Below are positions 9,290 to 19,148 of a DNA stretch of 64,000 bases, piece after piece. The notes beneath the pieces are model-generated. The model was not told where the DNA came from. It searched no databases and saw nothing but the letters and a program-made list of their open reading frames with translations. Origin of the DNA: a virus (lineage: Duplodnaviria > Heunggongvirae > Uroviricota > Caudoviricetes). The translations under genes were made by a program, and so were the position numbers. Positions within the stretch are counted from its first letter, which is position 1. Each line of letters begins with the position of its first letter. The stretch is taken from positions 22,928 through 86,927 of the IMG/VR virus record IMGVR_UViG_3300049919_000418; one strand, 5' to 3'.

Positions 9290-11796
9290 TGTCTGTCAAA
9301 TCCATTGATACCGTTGTAATCCCCGGATTTCAAAATTACTCGCTTTACTCTTTTCAATACGCTCCCGGCCTTTCTGGCGGATATGGAAGTGTTGACGCGG
9401 AGTTTTTGAGTCGTGACGGACTTTATAATACCGCTTCACTTGATTCGTCTTTAAATCAACATTCATTTTTTAACATAAAAATAACAACGGGCAACGGCGC
9501 GTCCAATTCGCTTGGCTTCTTTACCATTGCGGAGTATGAGACTTCAAAAACCGGACAATTCAAGGTTTTGAAGGTTAAATTCGTGGATAAGTCTGTTGAG
9601 CTTGATCGATACTTGGTGTGTCTTCGTGGAAAAGTGGGATACGACAATACCGCTCTTTTAAAACTAAGCTCTGACGAACGCGCAACCATTTCCGGGGCGG
9701 TGCAATCTTCTGGTCGTCTTATTTGGATTGGTGAAAGTGATGAAAACTGCAAAGAGGCTATTTTGAATTCTTCCAAACAAGATCCTTGCGATCCTTGCGA
9801 TAGTAGTTCACCAAAAAACGCCATTAATTGCGCTGAATTCTATTTAAAAACAAAAAGAACTTATAGCTACACACTCACGGATTTGTTGCAGAAACTCAGC
9901 TCTAGTTCCATGGGTATTTCCTTCACAACGTCGTTGAAATACAACGATCTTAAATTTGATTACTTTGGAACGGTTCGCGAGGTTTTAAACAACATATGCT
10001 CTGAAATCGGACTCTCATTCTACTATGATGCCGCAACAGGCGTTGTTAAAATTGTCGACGTTAGATACGGCATCAACATTAATGTTAAAAACATATACGA
10101 CACAAACGTTAAACACAAGATTCTTGAAGAAAGTATTAAGAAGTCACGACAAGGCTCTAAGGATTATTTTGGCGTATCATCTTTTCAACGAGAGGGCGAA
10201 GAAAGAAGCTATGCTTGTGAGCTTAAGATTTGTAAAAAACTGAAGTTAATGCCATTGGTTATTGACGATCTAATGACTACTGCGGCGCACTTTGCAACCG
10301 ATCCAATTATTTCCTCGAATCTTTTTGATAGGCTCGAATTCTATAGCACCTTAACTGGCCGTGTTAGTCGTGAGTTTCGCGATATGTTTTTATGGTATCA
10401 AGAGTATAAATTTAATAAACCTTCCGACGTTGAAGCGAAAAAGAATGAAAAACTTACAGCACTCAACGGTATGAAAATTAAAAAAGTTTTCCACGATGAA
10501 GCGGCTGACACTGAAGATAGACATATTTATAGAATTCTATCCCGTATAGAAACATCTAAGAATTTCGATTCCGTCGAAGAGAATGTTATAAAAGAAAAAC
10601 CATATTATTTCTTGGCGGAAATTGACGAGATTGAAGATGAGAAAATTCATAATTTAGAGGAATCACTTTGCAATTCTTTCTTTGGTCAATATTGGATTCG
10701 CAAGTATAAACAACATTGGACCAGTCTTAGTTATAACACGATGTCTCCCGATGGAAACATTCAATATTACGATTTCAAAAACCCAATAAACCTTCCTTTC
10801 GCGGATATTATAACTGAAGCGGGCGGAAATCTAGCAAACAGCGCAATTTTCAATAGGGTTGATAACGATTCGTTTTACTTCATGTCTCGTCCCGCGATGT
10901 ATTCTCCCGCCTCGCTAAGTGACGGAATTAAAGCTAATATCAAAAAAAGTATCGACAAATACTCTTACTCGGAAATATCCATCCCAAATGATCTTAAAAA
11001 TAAATTTGCCGAAGCGAGTTTCGGCCTGCCAGAATACGATCCGAAAAGATACAAAGTATATTGTGTCGGATCGGAAATGGGAGCCGGAACAGGGGTATCC
11101 TTATCTATCAGTTCTGCGAAACATCCAGAAGAATTACCGAATGTAATAATTCCAATTAACGCATGTGAAAAATACACGAGCTACGGATTGGAAAGCGCTA
11201 ATTCAAAAAAGTTCAACGTTCAATTTAAAGACGCCGCGTTTTCGATAACTATGCCTGTTCAATCTGATTCTGGCAGCAATCACGCCGGATATATCGCGTT
11301 AATTCAAAGATCTGGCGATGACAAGGAGGTCGCTATTCCAAAATATGAAGCCTATTCCTCTGGAGCTGTGCCGTCCGTTAATTCGGCAAGCCTTGGAATT
11401 CAATTGAATTCATATGATGCTTCCGCGAACGATCTTGACCTTTTGGTAGGAAGTAGTAGTCCTACGGTTTGCCAATTAAGCCCATCTAAAATAGCCGCGC
11501 TTATCAATAAATTCACCGCGTTGTTAAATTATTCTGTTAGAAACTCCGAAGAGAGAACCTACAAACTTGAAGGCGTTCCTTACAATATGTATAACCCCCT
11601 TGACGGATTAACATCATTTTCTATGATTATAGGCTCTTCCGGTCTTACCACCTCGCTTAATTTCAGCAACACATTCGCATTTAAACTAACCCCCGATCTT
11701 TTGCTTAAAAAACTGAAGTATCTAAGGCTTCAACAATTCGGCATACCGAAAGGTAAACTGATTGACGATTCGGGCGGAAACGTCCCTTCAATCTAA
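9289..11796 (+). CDS. Putative tail hub/baseplate protein
   Basis: 835 aa, TAATG coupling, position in the tail module. Confidence 0.4.
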   Translation: MSVKSIDTVVIPGFQNYSLYSFQYAPGLSGGYGSVDAEFLSRDGLYNTASLDSSLNQHSFFNIKITTGNGASNSLGFFTIAEYETSKTGQFKVLKVKFVDKSVELDRYLVCLRGKVGYDNTALLKLSSDERATISGAVQSSGRLIWIGESDENCKEAILNSSKQDPCDPCDSSSPKNAINCAEFYLKTKRTYSYTLTDLLQKLSSSSMGISFTTSLKYNDLKFDYFGTVREVLNNICSEIGLSFYYDAATGVVKIVDVRYGININVKNIYDTNVKHKILEESIKKSRQGSKDYFGVSSFQREGEERSYACELKICKKLKLMPLVIDDLMTTAAHFATDPIISSNLFDRLEFYSTLTGRVSREFRDMFLWYQEYKFNKPSDVEAKKNEKLTALNGMKIKKVFHDEAADTEDRHIYRILSRIETSKNFDSVEENVIKEKPYYFLAEIDEIEDEKIHNLEESLCNSFFGQYWIRKYKQHWTSLSYNTMSPDGNIQYYDFKNPINLPFADIITEAGGNLANSAIFNRVDNDSFYFMSRPAMYSPASLSDGIKANIKKSIDKYSYSEISIPNDLKNKFAEASFGLPEYDPKRYKVYCVGSEMGAGTGVSLSISSAKHPEELPNVIIPINACEKYTSYGLESANSKKFNVQFKDAAFSITMPVQSDSGSNHAGYIALIQRSGDDKEVAIPKYEAYSSGAVPSVNSASLGIQLNSYDASANDLDLLVGSSSPTVCQLSPSKIAALINKFTALLNYSVRNSEERTYKLEGVPYNMYNPLDGLTSFSMIIGSSGLTTSLNFSNTFAFKLTPDLLLKKLKYLRLQQFGIPKGKLIDDSGGNVPSI

Positions 11797-13127
11797 TGAG
11801 CTATTTAAGAACATTTTACAATCAAAACGGCGACTTCGAAGCTAATTTAAGCTTCGTTGGCGATACCGCTTATACCAGAAGTTCATTCGGACTTTCTGGA
11901 ACGGGCGGCGCTGTTCTTTTTGATGTTTCTGGCGGATTTGTTAGAGTCAATGGAACTCTTTGCGCTAGCCTCAACGAAGATCGTTCCGCGTTCTTTTCCG
12001 TGTGCGGAAACGGCGGAAACGTGACTGTGTGGCAAAATGAGAGGCCGCTGATTCACCTTTTTCCCTCTGGATTTACTTTTAATAGTATTTTTTGTAATTC
12101 GCCAACCGGAAGCTTGTTTGCTGAGTCGCTTGCGGGTCGTCAGCCTTCAATTGGCCACTCCTTCTCTGGCTGGAACAACACTTTAAAAAGCGGCAACATT
12201 TTCATCAAAAACAATGGAGCCTACTCTTTGGGAATAAGCGGCCTTTCCTTGGCGGACATCCCACTTGATTTGTATTTTACTCCAACCTCTATCGCTCCAA
12301 ACGCGTCTGGATACTTCCCAATTGCATACAGAAGCAATTCACCGTTTTCCGGGACCGGCATATTCAACGTAACAACCAATGCGGGGTCATATCAATTTAC
12401 AGAGTATTTTGATTGCCAACCAATCAATACATACGGATCTATTTCCGTATCATTCGCAAACGACTTTATTCGTCCAACTGGTCAATCTCAATTTTCGATT
12501 CGAAACGAGGGGATTCAAGACGCGATGGTGAATTTATTTTTGGACTATTCAAGCGGAACGCTTAAGGATATCTCTACTGGCTATGCTCGATACCCAACTG
12601 GAGTAGGAACGGGCACAGGATACTTCAATTACGCCTCTGGCGGCTTCTTTAGGCCAATTCCGGGTTCTGGTCGCTTCTCGTATTTTAGCGCGGTTACAGG
12701 GGGGGCTACGGGCCTTACATACGGTTATACGGGCAACTTCACTGGCATTGGCGGGAGACTTGGAGCAACTGGCGTTCAAGTTAAAAGCGGAAGTTACTTC
12801 GTATCGTTAACGGGCGTCGTTTCGGGCAATAATTATTTCAACATTCCAATGGATGTTGATGTATATGAAGGGCAGGGCTCTATTTTTGATCTTTGGAATA
12901 TTATTTATTACGATACAGAACGTGGGGCTGAAAACTTTACAACTTTATCGCGCAAAAATTCAAGCGGCTTTGGTGTAACTGGAGTTACTTACAGAGTTCC
13001 CGTTGGCGGAACCACAAGCGGCGTGGTTTATTTTGCCAACAACTACGCAAAAGACATTTTCCAAAATCTGATTTTCCGCGTAACCGACAACTCAAGTATT
13101 AACACGAACCTGTATATTAATTCATGA
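11796..13127 (+). CDS. Putative tail structural protein (Gly/Ser/Thr-rich)
   Basis: 443 aa, TAATG coupling, G/T/S/Y-rich. Confidence 0.45.
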   Translation: MSYLRTFYNQNGDFEANLSFVGDTAYTRSSFGLSGTGGAVLFDVSGGFVRVNGTLCASLNEDRSAFFSVCGNGGNVTVWQNERPLIHLFPSGFTFNSIFCNSPTGSLFAESLAGRQPSIGHSFSGWNNTLKSGNIFIKNNGAYSLGISGLSLADIPLDLYFTPTSIAPNASGYFPIAYRSNSPFSGTGIFNVTTNAGSYQFTEYFDCQPINTYGSISVSFANDFIRPTGQSQFSIRNEGIQDAMVNLFLDYSSGTLKDISTGYARYPTGVGTGTGYFNYASGGFFRPIPGSGRFSYFSAVTGGATGLTYGYTGNFTGIGGRLGATGVQVKSGSYFVSLTGVVSGNNYFNIPMDVDVYEGQGSIFDLWNIIYYDTERGAENFTTLSRKNSSGFGVTGVTYRVPVGGTTSGVVYFANNYAKDIFQNLIFRVTDNSSINTNLYINS

Positions 13128-13996
13128 GCAATTTAAAAGCGACTCCAAAAAACTACGGACCTTCATCAAGAAATTTCGATAACGATTTTTCTTTTCCCCC
13201 TTTTGAAGTTATTGATTTGGGAAACAAAAAGGTGGGAATTAACTTTGGAACCATGGTTGGTTATACTTTTACAGGGGATGTTTTGCCCCAAAAACTTTTG
13301 GGAAAAAAAATTGAAGAATCGAAACTTCTAACTGTTAAAGCAGGCGATTTTGTTTGCATCGTAAAGTCAGGTTCAAACGCAATGATTGAGGTGAAAACAG
13401 GGAACGAAGCGGAGGGGGAATTTGTTTTTAAACTTGCTGAAATAAAATCCGTGAAAGGGGAGGGGCAAACCGCTTATTTAGAAATAGATCAAATTTGGAC
13501 GGGAAACATCGACGGCGGGGGGGGGGTTACGTCGTCCCACCCCTTTAAACTAACAACCTCTATGGTTAGTGATACCGCTCACTATACGATTGGAAAAGGG
13601 ACAATTATAGACGGAACGAACGGAGCGGCACTTGACCTAGACGGAGTTATCGAAACGGCGTTTCCAGCAACAACAGAGGGCTACGTTGTTATAGAGGCTA
13701 CCGTTACTCCTGCCACTTTAGCTATAGGATCATGGGCGTCAAGAATCGCAGACGCCGAAGAGGCGTCGAAAGAGGTAGTTTTAACTGGCGACCCTCCCCA
13801 ACAAACGCAAATTCGTTTTTGCATCGGAAAAATTACTTTAAGTGGCGATCCAGAAGAAGTTGCGCCCGAAGACCCTCCTTTAACTGCAACAGCTTGGCAG
13901 GGGTGGATGTCCTCCGTGCGCGTGGTCCACGGCATCCTTAATGGGGTGGAAGTGCTGGTCCTCGAAGCAGCTCCGACCCATCCGTCCGTCATCTAA
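13124..13996 (+). CDS. Putative tail-tip/fibre-associated protein
   Basis: 290 aa, Gly run followed by SHPFK motif; the 3' end becomes GC-rich. Confidence 0.4.
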   Translation: MSNLKATPKNYGPSSRNFDNDFSFPPFEVIDLGNKKVGINFGTMVGYTFTGDVLPQKLLGKKIEESKLLTVKAGDFVCIVKSGSNAMIEVKTGNEAEGEFVFKLAEIKSVKGEGQTAYLEIDQIWTGNIDGGGGVTSSHPFKLTTSMVSDTAHYTIGKGTIIDGTNGAALDLDGVIETAFPATTEGYVVIEATVTPATLAIGSWASRIADAEEASKEVVLTGDPPQQTQIRFCIGKITLSGDPEEVAPEDPPLTATAWQGWMSSVRVVHGILNGVEVLVLEAAPTHPSVI

Positions 13997-14000
13997 TATC

Positions 14001-14780
14001 ATGGGCAAGCGTATCTCCTCACATTCCCGGCTGAGATTCGATTTCCCGGTTGGACGCGGAAAAACGAACGACGCCTCCGCGATGGACAAAACCGGCTGGG
14101 CAGGACCATTTACCCGCGCCCAGCTCGTCGAATTATTCTGGCGGGCGGAGGAGATCAAAATCACAGCAAGCGGCGACTACGAATACGTGTTTTCCGAGGT
14201 GGAAGGGGCGGAGCCTTTAACCGGCACGCTGTCACTCGACGTGACTCTGGTGCGCGTGCATAGCGTCTCTGGCGTCACCTCTCCCGGCGACGAGCTCGAC
14301 GTTTTCCGGAGCCTCATGACATCCAACTACGGACAATATGAGGCCGAGTGGGTCGGCTCCGGTGCTAGTGGGGTCGGCTCGATGTATGTCCGCCTCGGCT
14401 CAGACGGACTGCTCAAAGACGCAGCAGGCTATTGGCTGGCACCAGTCGGTGGCTACGCGCAGGCCTCGTGCGGGGCCATCATCTCCGAGACGCTGGAGTG
14501 GGAGGCAGGTGGAGACGAGGAAACAGGGACGTGGGATGCCGGGTCGGCCATCGTGGATCTGAGGGTAATCCTATCCACCACCGAGGCGGGCACCATCGCG
14601 GCGACGATCAACCTCGGTGGCGGTGCGGTCGCTTTCCCCTTGCAAACGAGCTGCGACGGTGGATCTGTCAGCGCTGCCACCATCGCGGTCACCAAATGGT
14701 TCGAGTATGCCACCAGCACCGGGGCCGCTGCGTGGAATGCCTCCACCGGCGCGCCTGTGAACGGCGGGCCGGGAGCGTAA
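14001..14780 (+). CDS. Putative tail-fibre-associated protein (GC-rich cassette)
   Basis: ATG at 14001 follows the upstream stop; last gene of the tail unit; ends AWNASTGAPVNGGPGA. Confidence 0.45.
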   Translation: MGKRISSHSRLRFDFPVGRGKTNDASAMDKTGWAGPFTRAQLVELFWRAEEIKITASGDYEYVFSEVEGAEPLTGTLSLDVTLVRVHSVSGVTSPGDELDVFRSLMTSNYGQYEAEWVGSGASGVGSMYVRLGSDGLLKDAAGYWLAPVGGYAQASCGAIISETLEWEAGGDEETGTWDAGSAIVDLRVILSTTEAGTIAATINLGGGAVAFPLQTSCDGGSVSAATIAVTKWFEYATSTGAAAWNASTGAPVNGGPGA

Positions 14781-14818
14781 AAAAGGCGGCACCAATAAAT
14801 GATGCCGCCCTTATTTTT
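14781..14818. terminator. Bidirectional intrinsic terminator between convergent units
   Basis: AAAA-GGCGGCA-11 nt-TGCCGCC-CTTATTTTT. Confidence 0.75.
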
Positions 14819-14838
14819 ATTCCTCCCCTTTCCTGAGA

Positions 14839-15672
14839 CTATTCAGCTTTTTTGGTGATAATACTATCTATAATCAAAAAGCATTGCTCCGCAGGAACGT
14901 CGTTAAAGTCGTTCCAATCGGAATCAAACCCTTCCCACTTTTTCTTGCGAAGGTTCTCCTTTAAATCAGAGAAGGTTTTTGACCTGCCCGACACAAGAGC
15001 GCGTAGGCTTTCTTGAGGGGTTGTTGTCCCCTCTTCACTCAAAATAGAAACAGTTTGAGCGGGCGGCGCTTGAACCTCCTCCGCACCAAGCACATTGATA
15101 TTGAATGCCGCTTTAACAGCTCGGATAAACGAACGGTTTTCCGCCATGCTTTCAAGATACATGTTGAACGGATAGCTTGTGTTTTCGGATGTGGCGTTCG
15201 CGATTCCAGAAGCCTGAATTTCGGGAAAAAAGATTTCCTCGCCGCTTTCGGTCTTGAAAATTACCTCGTCAAGATTCAGATAGCAAATCGAAGTAACATG
15301 CTTTGCCTTATCGGCCCCGGTCATGTCATATTTGATTGACTTGATTCCCCTAAGAGCGGCCAAATGCTTGAACCCACCAAGTTTAATGATAAGGTTTTCC
15401 TCTCCGCATTTTTCCTTCAACTCCTCTTTGTTAGAATCGGTTACTCCGTTAGGGTCGATACCGTTGGTTGTCAACCAGTTGCTAGAGATATCAACAAACT
15501 TTGCGGGAATAAGCTCTTTCCAGTCAAAGATTTCGGTGGCTTTTGTAATAACCTTTGTAATCGTCCGAGCGGAGGGCTTCAATTCGGCGGCAGTTTCACA
15601 AATAAGCTTTGCAGCTTTTGCGCGAATCTTTTTTTCTTTTACCGCAGGCGCGGCCAATTCTTGTGTTTCCAT
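14839..15672 (-). CDS. Conserved phage protein, possibly an ssDNA-annealing protein
   Basis: 277 aa; GIANATSENT...AENRSFIRAVKAAFNI resembles Rad52/Sak-like annealase motifs (weak). Confidence 0.3.
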   Translation of the reverse strand: METQELAAPAVKEKKIRAKAAKLICETAAELKPSARTITKVITKATEIFDWKELIPAKFVDISSNWLTTNGIDPNGVTDSNKEELKEKCGEENLIIKLGGFKHLAALRGIKSIKYDMTGADKAKHVTSICYLNLDEVIFKTESGEEIFFPEIQASGIANATSENTSYPFNMYLESMAENRSFIRAVKAAFNINVLGAEEVQAPPAQTVSILSEEGTTTPQESLRALVSGRSKTFSDLKENLRKKKWEGFDSDWNDFNDVPAEQCFLIIDSIITKKAE

Positions 15673-15676
15673 ATTT

Positions 15677-16771
15677 TTAATTAAAGTAATAAAGCATATC
15701 TGCTTCGATTAGAAATTCATCGTCCTCCGCGCCATCCAAAATAAAGTTTCCTTTGTCGGCGGTTGAAGGCAAATTTCTTCTCCAGTGATACGTGCTTAAA
15801 AACAATCCGTCTCGACTGAATAAAATTCTTTTAGATCTGATTCGTGTGTCATAATTCAAATTTAGTAATTTGTCAACATTATTTTTCGACCAATTTTTAA
15901 CAACCTTGACTTCATAATCAAATAAATTGTATTTAATTTTTTCATTATTAGCTTCGCGAGTGAGAAGCTTGACTTTGATTCCCAACGATTCGGTCCTAAC
16001 GATATCTTCCGGTTTGGTTTCCTCCGTAACAAACAGATTGATTCCTGAAACACCAACCAAAAATGAAGCTATTGGCAGCGGCGGTAAAGTGTTCGAAATC
16101 ACAATCGGTTGAAGTCCAAGCGAAACAGCGGCCAAAACGAACTCCCAATTCTCAACAAGGTCGCATCGAATGCCAATCAAGGTGTCTGGAGACACGTTTG
16201 GCGGCGATTCCAACGGAAAGTCTGGAATCATTTCCAACAACTTGACCCCGTAAGACGGGCCGATTAACTTTGTTTCTGTTTCTATCTGTTGGTCTATTCC
16301 CAATCTTTCGAAAATTTCAACCGCCATTAATTCGGGTCTGTCAAGATTCTCAATGGAGCCTGAGTATTCCTTTGCAAATAAATCCTCTTTCTTTCCGGTT
16401 TCCAAAAATGAGTAATTCAGCCATTCATTATTTTGGCAGAGAGTCAATGACCAATCTTGCCCTGAAAAATGAAACAAGCTTTTCTTAATTAAATATGCCG
16501 CCGAACGGATATTTAACCCATTGATATTTTGGCAGTTCTCATACCTTGATTTATCCGCGCACGAAAAGCACACCACGCCGATGTTTTGCCCATATAGAAT
16601 AGGACAAATAAGCTCTATTACGTCCGCCCAGTATCGATAGGAGTTATCAACGCAAATGGTGATATATCTATCGAAATTCAAAGGAAGGTAGTTCCAATGA
16701 ATCGGATCAAACTTGGCGTCCGGATTTCCGTAAATCGAATACCTTAACGTATCGTTTTTATTTATTTTCAA
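15677..16771 (-). CDS. Hypothetical protein, possible degenerate GT9-like domain
   Basis: 364 aa coupled to the upstream glycosyltransferase; Y-x-Y-W-x-D-V...AYLIKKS pattern. Confidence 0.3.
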   Translation of the reverse strand: MKINKNDTLRYSIYGNPDAKFDPIHWNYLPLNFDRYITICVDNSYRYWADVIELICPILYGQNIGVVCFSCADKSRYENCQNINGLNIRSAAYLIKKSLFHFSGQDWSLTLCQNNEWLNYSFLETGKKEDLFAKEYSGSIENLDRPELMAVEIFERLGIDQQIETETKLIGPSYGVKLLEMIPDFPLESPPNVSPDTLIGIRCDLVENWEFVLAAVSLGLQPIVISNTLPPLPIASFLVGVSGINLFVTEETKPEDIVRTESLGIKVKLLTREANNEKIKYNLFDYEVKVVKNWSKNNVDKLLNLNYDTRIRSKRILFSRDGLFLSTYHWRRNLPSTADKGNFILDGAEDDEFLIEADMLYYFN

Positions 16772-18620
16772 TTTCTTCGATCTGGTTTCCGTTTTTGAAG
16801 TAGATTTTCTTAAACCTTGGTTTGCCCGACTCAGTTTTCACATTTTTCAGCCAGTCAATATTTGCCGTGTTGTTGTTTTTTGGAATCAGGGTGAACTTCC
16901 CATATTGGGAAAAGATGTTTCCGTCCGATTCTGTTCCGGCCAAAAATACATTAGCCTCTTCCCGGGAAAGCTTTGAGAAGAATTTTGAAACGATTAGTTT
17001 TTCCTCTAGCTCTGCGGGGCAAATCAAACAAACGTTATCTGTTTCCTCCTCGACCTTAAAGAAGTTACTGGCCGCGTTTGCTTTCTTCGAATCATTGTGA
17101 ATTTTAGCTTTGGAAAGAGCGTCGTTATGAATCTCTATCCGAGGGTGGCCCCTCTGAATGTGGGTCACTATTTTTTGAACAGTTTCATTTTTGCTAGACT
17201 CTTTATATCCAAAAATGTTTTTAATTAAATCAATCGCCCACTCTTCAGGGTCTTCAACGGTATCATTAAACGGATAGTTCTCGTTTTGCTCGTTTTTGCC
17301 CAAAATATAATCGTGGGTTGCTGGCGGGGAGGTATCAAGCCATCTTTCGATCCGCTTACAAATCAAATTAAGGTCAAATTCTTTAAGCGCCCAATCGCGG
17401 CCTTCTTGTGATACTTCGGATAGGGTTTTTGGGCTTATCCAGTCTTTGAATCCCCGCATAACATCCGCTACCCCCTGAGCATAGGGTTGCGATTTAATGA
17501 ACTGACTTCCCATTTCTCGGTATGTCGAAAACGGAAGCCTTGTAACAAATGGTTGTTCGCAGAATTCCTCCCCACAAGAATAGTTGACCGTGGCGATTGG
17601 TGTTCCAGCAAGCAAGCTTTCAACCAAGGGCATTTCCAATCCGCCCGAAGTAATCGGGTGAATATAAAAATCCATTAAATTGTAAACCTCGTTCATTTCC
17701 TTTTCGGAAAGTCCGAACGCGCCATGAGGAGTAATGCAGGAATGCGGTGCGTGACAAAAACGACAAGCCGTTTGTTCGCCTTCAAATGGGCGCACATCGT
17801 ATTTTTTGCAATTTGTGCAAATGTGGCTCGTTAGAATATCATCATTATTGAGATCGAATTCCTTGATAAATTTTGGAATATCCCAGCCCTCACTCCAACA
17901 AGTGTGAAGCAGTAGTTTTGAAGTATCGTTTGGACTGTTTTCTTTGAAAATTTTGAATCCCTCTAATAGTGTTCCAATTAATTTGCGCCCTTGATTTCGG
18001 AAAACAAACCCAAAGATAAGATTATCATTAATTTTGAATTTTTTCTTCAATTCCATTTTGTTATCCAAGGGGTAGAAGTCAGATACGTCAAATGCGCCAT
18101 GAAGGGTTTCAACATGATCGAAGCCGATACGCTTCATTTCATTCTCTGCGAACTTGCTCCAAACCCAAAAATCTTTAACCTTGTGTCCGTGCTCAATCGC
18201 CATTTCAAAAATAGGAAGACTATCAAGCGTGATCCACAGCGCACAATTGATTTTGTTCCACCATGGCTTGTCATAAACATCCACAAAGGCCCAAATATCA
18301 TTGACCCCCAAAAAGAAATCCGGTTTCTCTCGCCTAATAACCTCGTCAAGGTAAAAACTACCGTATCGTGAGGTTGCTTCAAACATTGGGTTTGCCTCCA
18401 ATTCCTTCCGAATAAAAGGGTCTTCTGGAATCGCGCCGTATGCCTTCCAAGGCACAGATTTCAGCCTTTTGTCCTCGAAGTGATAGGGCGCACAAGCGAA
18501 CTCAACGATTTCATACTTGCCCGTGTTATACAGGTAGCGCAAAACGGCTTTAGCATTTCTGCCAAAGCCCGTCTTCGTGCGGCTGAAATCGCTGTTGAAA
18601 AGTAATTTTTTCTTAGGCAA
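16758..18620 (-). CDS. GT-B (GT4-like) glycosyltransferase with an inserted CxxC-CxxC knuckle
   Basis: TGFGRNAK, FRNQGRK, EMNEVYNLMD...SGGLEMPLVESLLAGTP; likely TTG start at 18620 overlapping the upstream stop. Confidence 0.75.
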   Translation of the reverse strand: MPKKKLLFNSDFSRTKTGFGRNAKAVLRYLYNTGKYEIVEFACAPYHFEDKRLKSVPWKAYGAIPEDPFIRKELEANPMFEATSRYGSFYLDEVIRREKPDFFLGVNDIWAFVDVYDKPWWNKINCALWITLDSLPIFEMAIEHGHKVKDFWVWSKFAENEMKRIGFDHVETLHGAFDVSDFYPLDNKMELKKKFKINDNLIFGFVFRNQGRKLIGTLLEGFKIFKENSPNDTSKLLLHTCWSEGWDIPKFIKEFDLNNDDILTSHICTNCKKYDVRPFEGEQTACRFCHAPHSCITPHGAFGLSEKEMNEVYNLMDFYIHPITSGGLEMPLVESLLAGTPIATVNYSCGEEFCEQPFVTRLPFSTYREMGSQFIKSQPYAQGVADVMRGFKDWISPKTLSEVSQEGRDWALKEFDLNLICKRIERWLDTSPPATHDYILGKNEQNENYPFNDTVEDPEEWAIDLIKNIFGYKESSKNETVQKIVTHIQRGHPRIEIHNDALSKAKIHNDSKKANAASNFFKVEEETDNVCLICPAELEEKLIVSKFFSKLSREEANVFLAGTESDGNIFSQYGKFTLIPKNNNTANIDWLKNVKTESGKPRFKKIYFKNGNQIEEIENK

Positions 18621-19101
18621 TTTTTGTTTCAGGTAGGTTTTGAAGAAGCTTCTTTTCCTCCGTGTGTTCCGCAGTGAAAATGCGGTGAAGCGCAAATCTA
18701 ATCCATTCACCCAAAAGATGCGCCTCAGCAAAAGTCAAGGGAACCGACGCTTTTTTCTCGCCCTTTGTTGCAGACAGGGAAATCCCCGCAACAATGTCAG
18801 TATCTTTTTTATTGTAAGTTCCAAAGCTGATTTGACTCGTAATCGTTCCCGTGTTATGGAAAAACTTAGCCGAACCACGTTTGCTTTGACAAACGATTAG
18901 CATTTCCGCAACTTCTGTTGGCGTAAACTTAAGATTGAGCTTCTTTTCTTTTGTGGAATCGAAACTGCCTGTTTTGCTGGCTTCATCCCAACCTTTTTGC
19001 TTGATGATTTCGACATAAATCCCCTTGCTTTTACCGGAAGAGGTTACAGAAAACGAGCATGCACTTCCTGTGCCGCGTGGATTTGGTTTGTAGAGCTTCA
19101 T
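18613..19101 (-). CDS. Conserved phage hypothetical protein
   Basis: 162-aa ORF (YKPN..GSACSF..IKQKGW) with a TTGACT promoter-like sequence upstream. Confidence 0.55.
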   Translation of the reverse strand: MKLYKPNPRGTGSACSFSVTSSGKSKGIYVEIIKQKGWDEASKTGSFDSTKEKKLNLKFTPTEVAEMLIVCQSKRGSAKFFHNTGTITSQISFGTYNKKDTDIVAGISLSATKGEKKASVPLTFAEAHLLGEWIRFALHRIFTAEHTEEKKLLQNLPETKIA

Positions 19102-19148
19102 AATTTGTTGGTTTATTTAATCTATTTTTGAGCGAAAGTCAAGAAAAA

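Noticed and set aside
13124-14780. Diversity-generating retroelement target at the tail tip
   Set aside because: No reverse transcriptase or template/variable repeat pair is seen in the window.
13681-14836. Multiple overlapping ORFs in the GC-rich cassette
   Set aside because: Expected by-product of high GC and few stop codons; 14001-14780 is the coherent gene.
18621-18731. Longer N-terminus of the GT4 gene given in the ORF track
   Set aside because: It overlaps the upstream gene by more than 100 nt; the TTG at 18620 gives the usual stop-start coupling.
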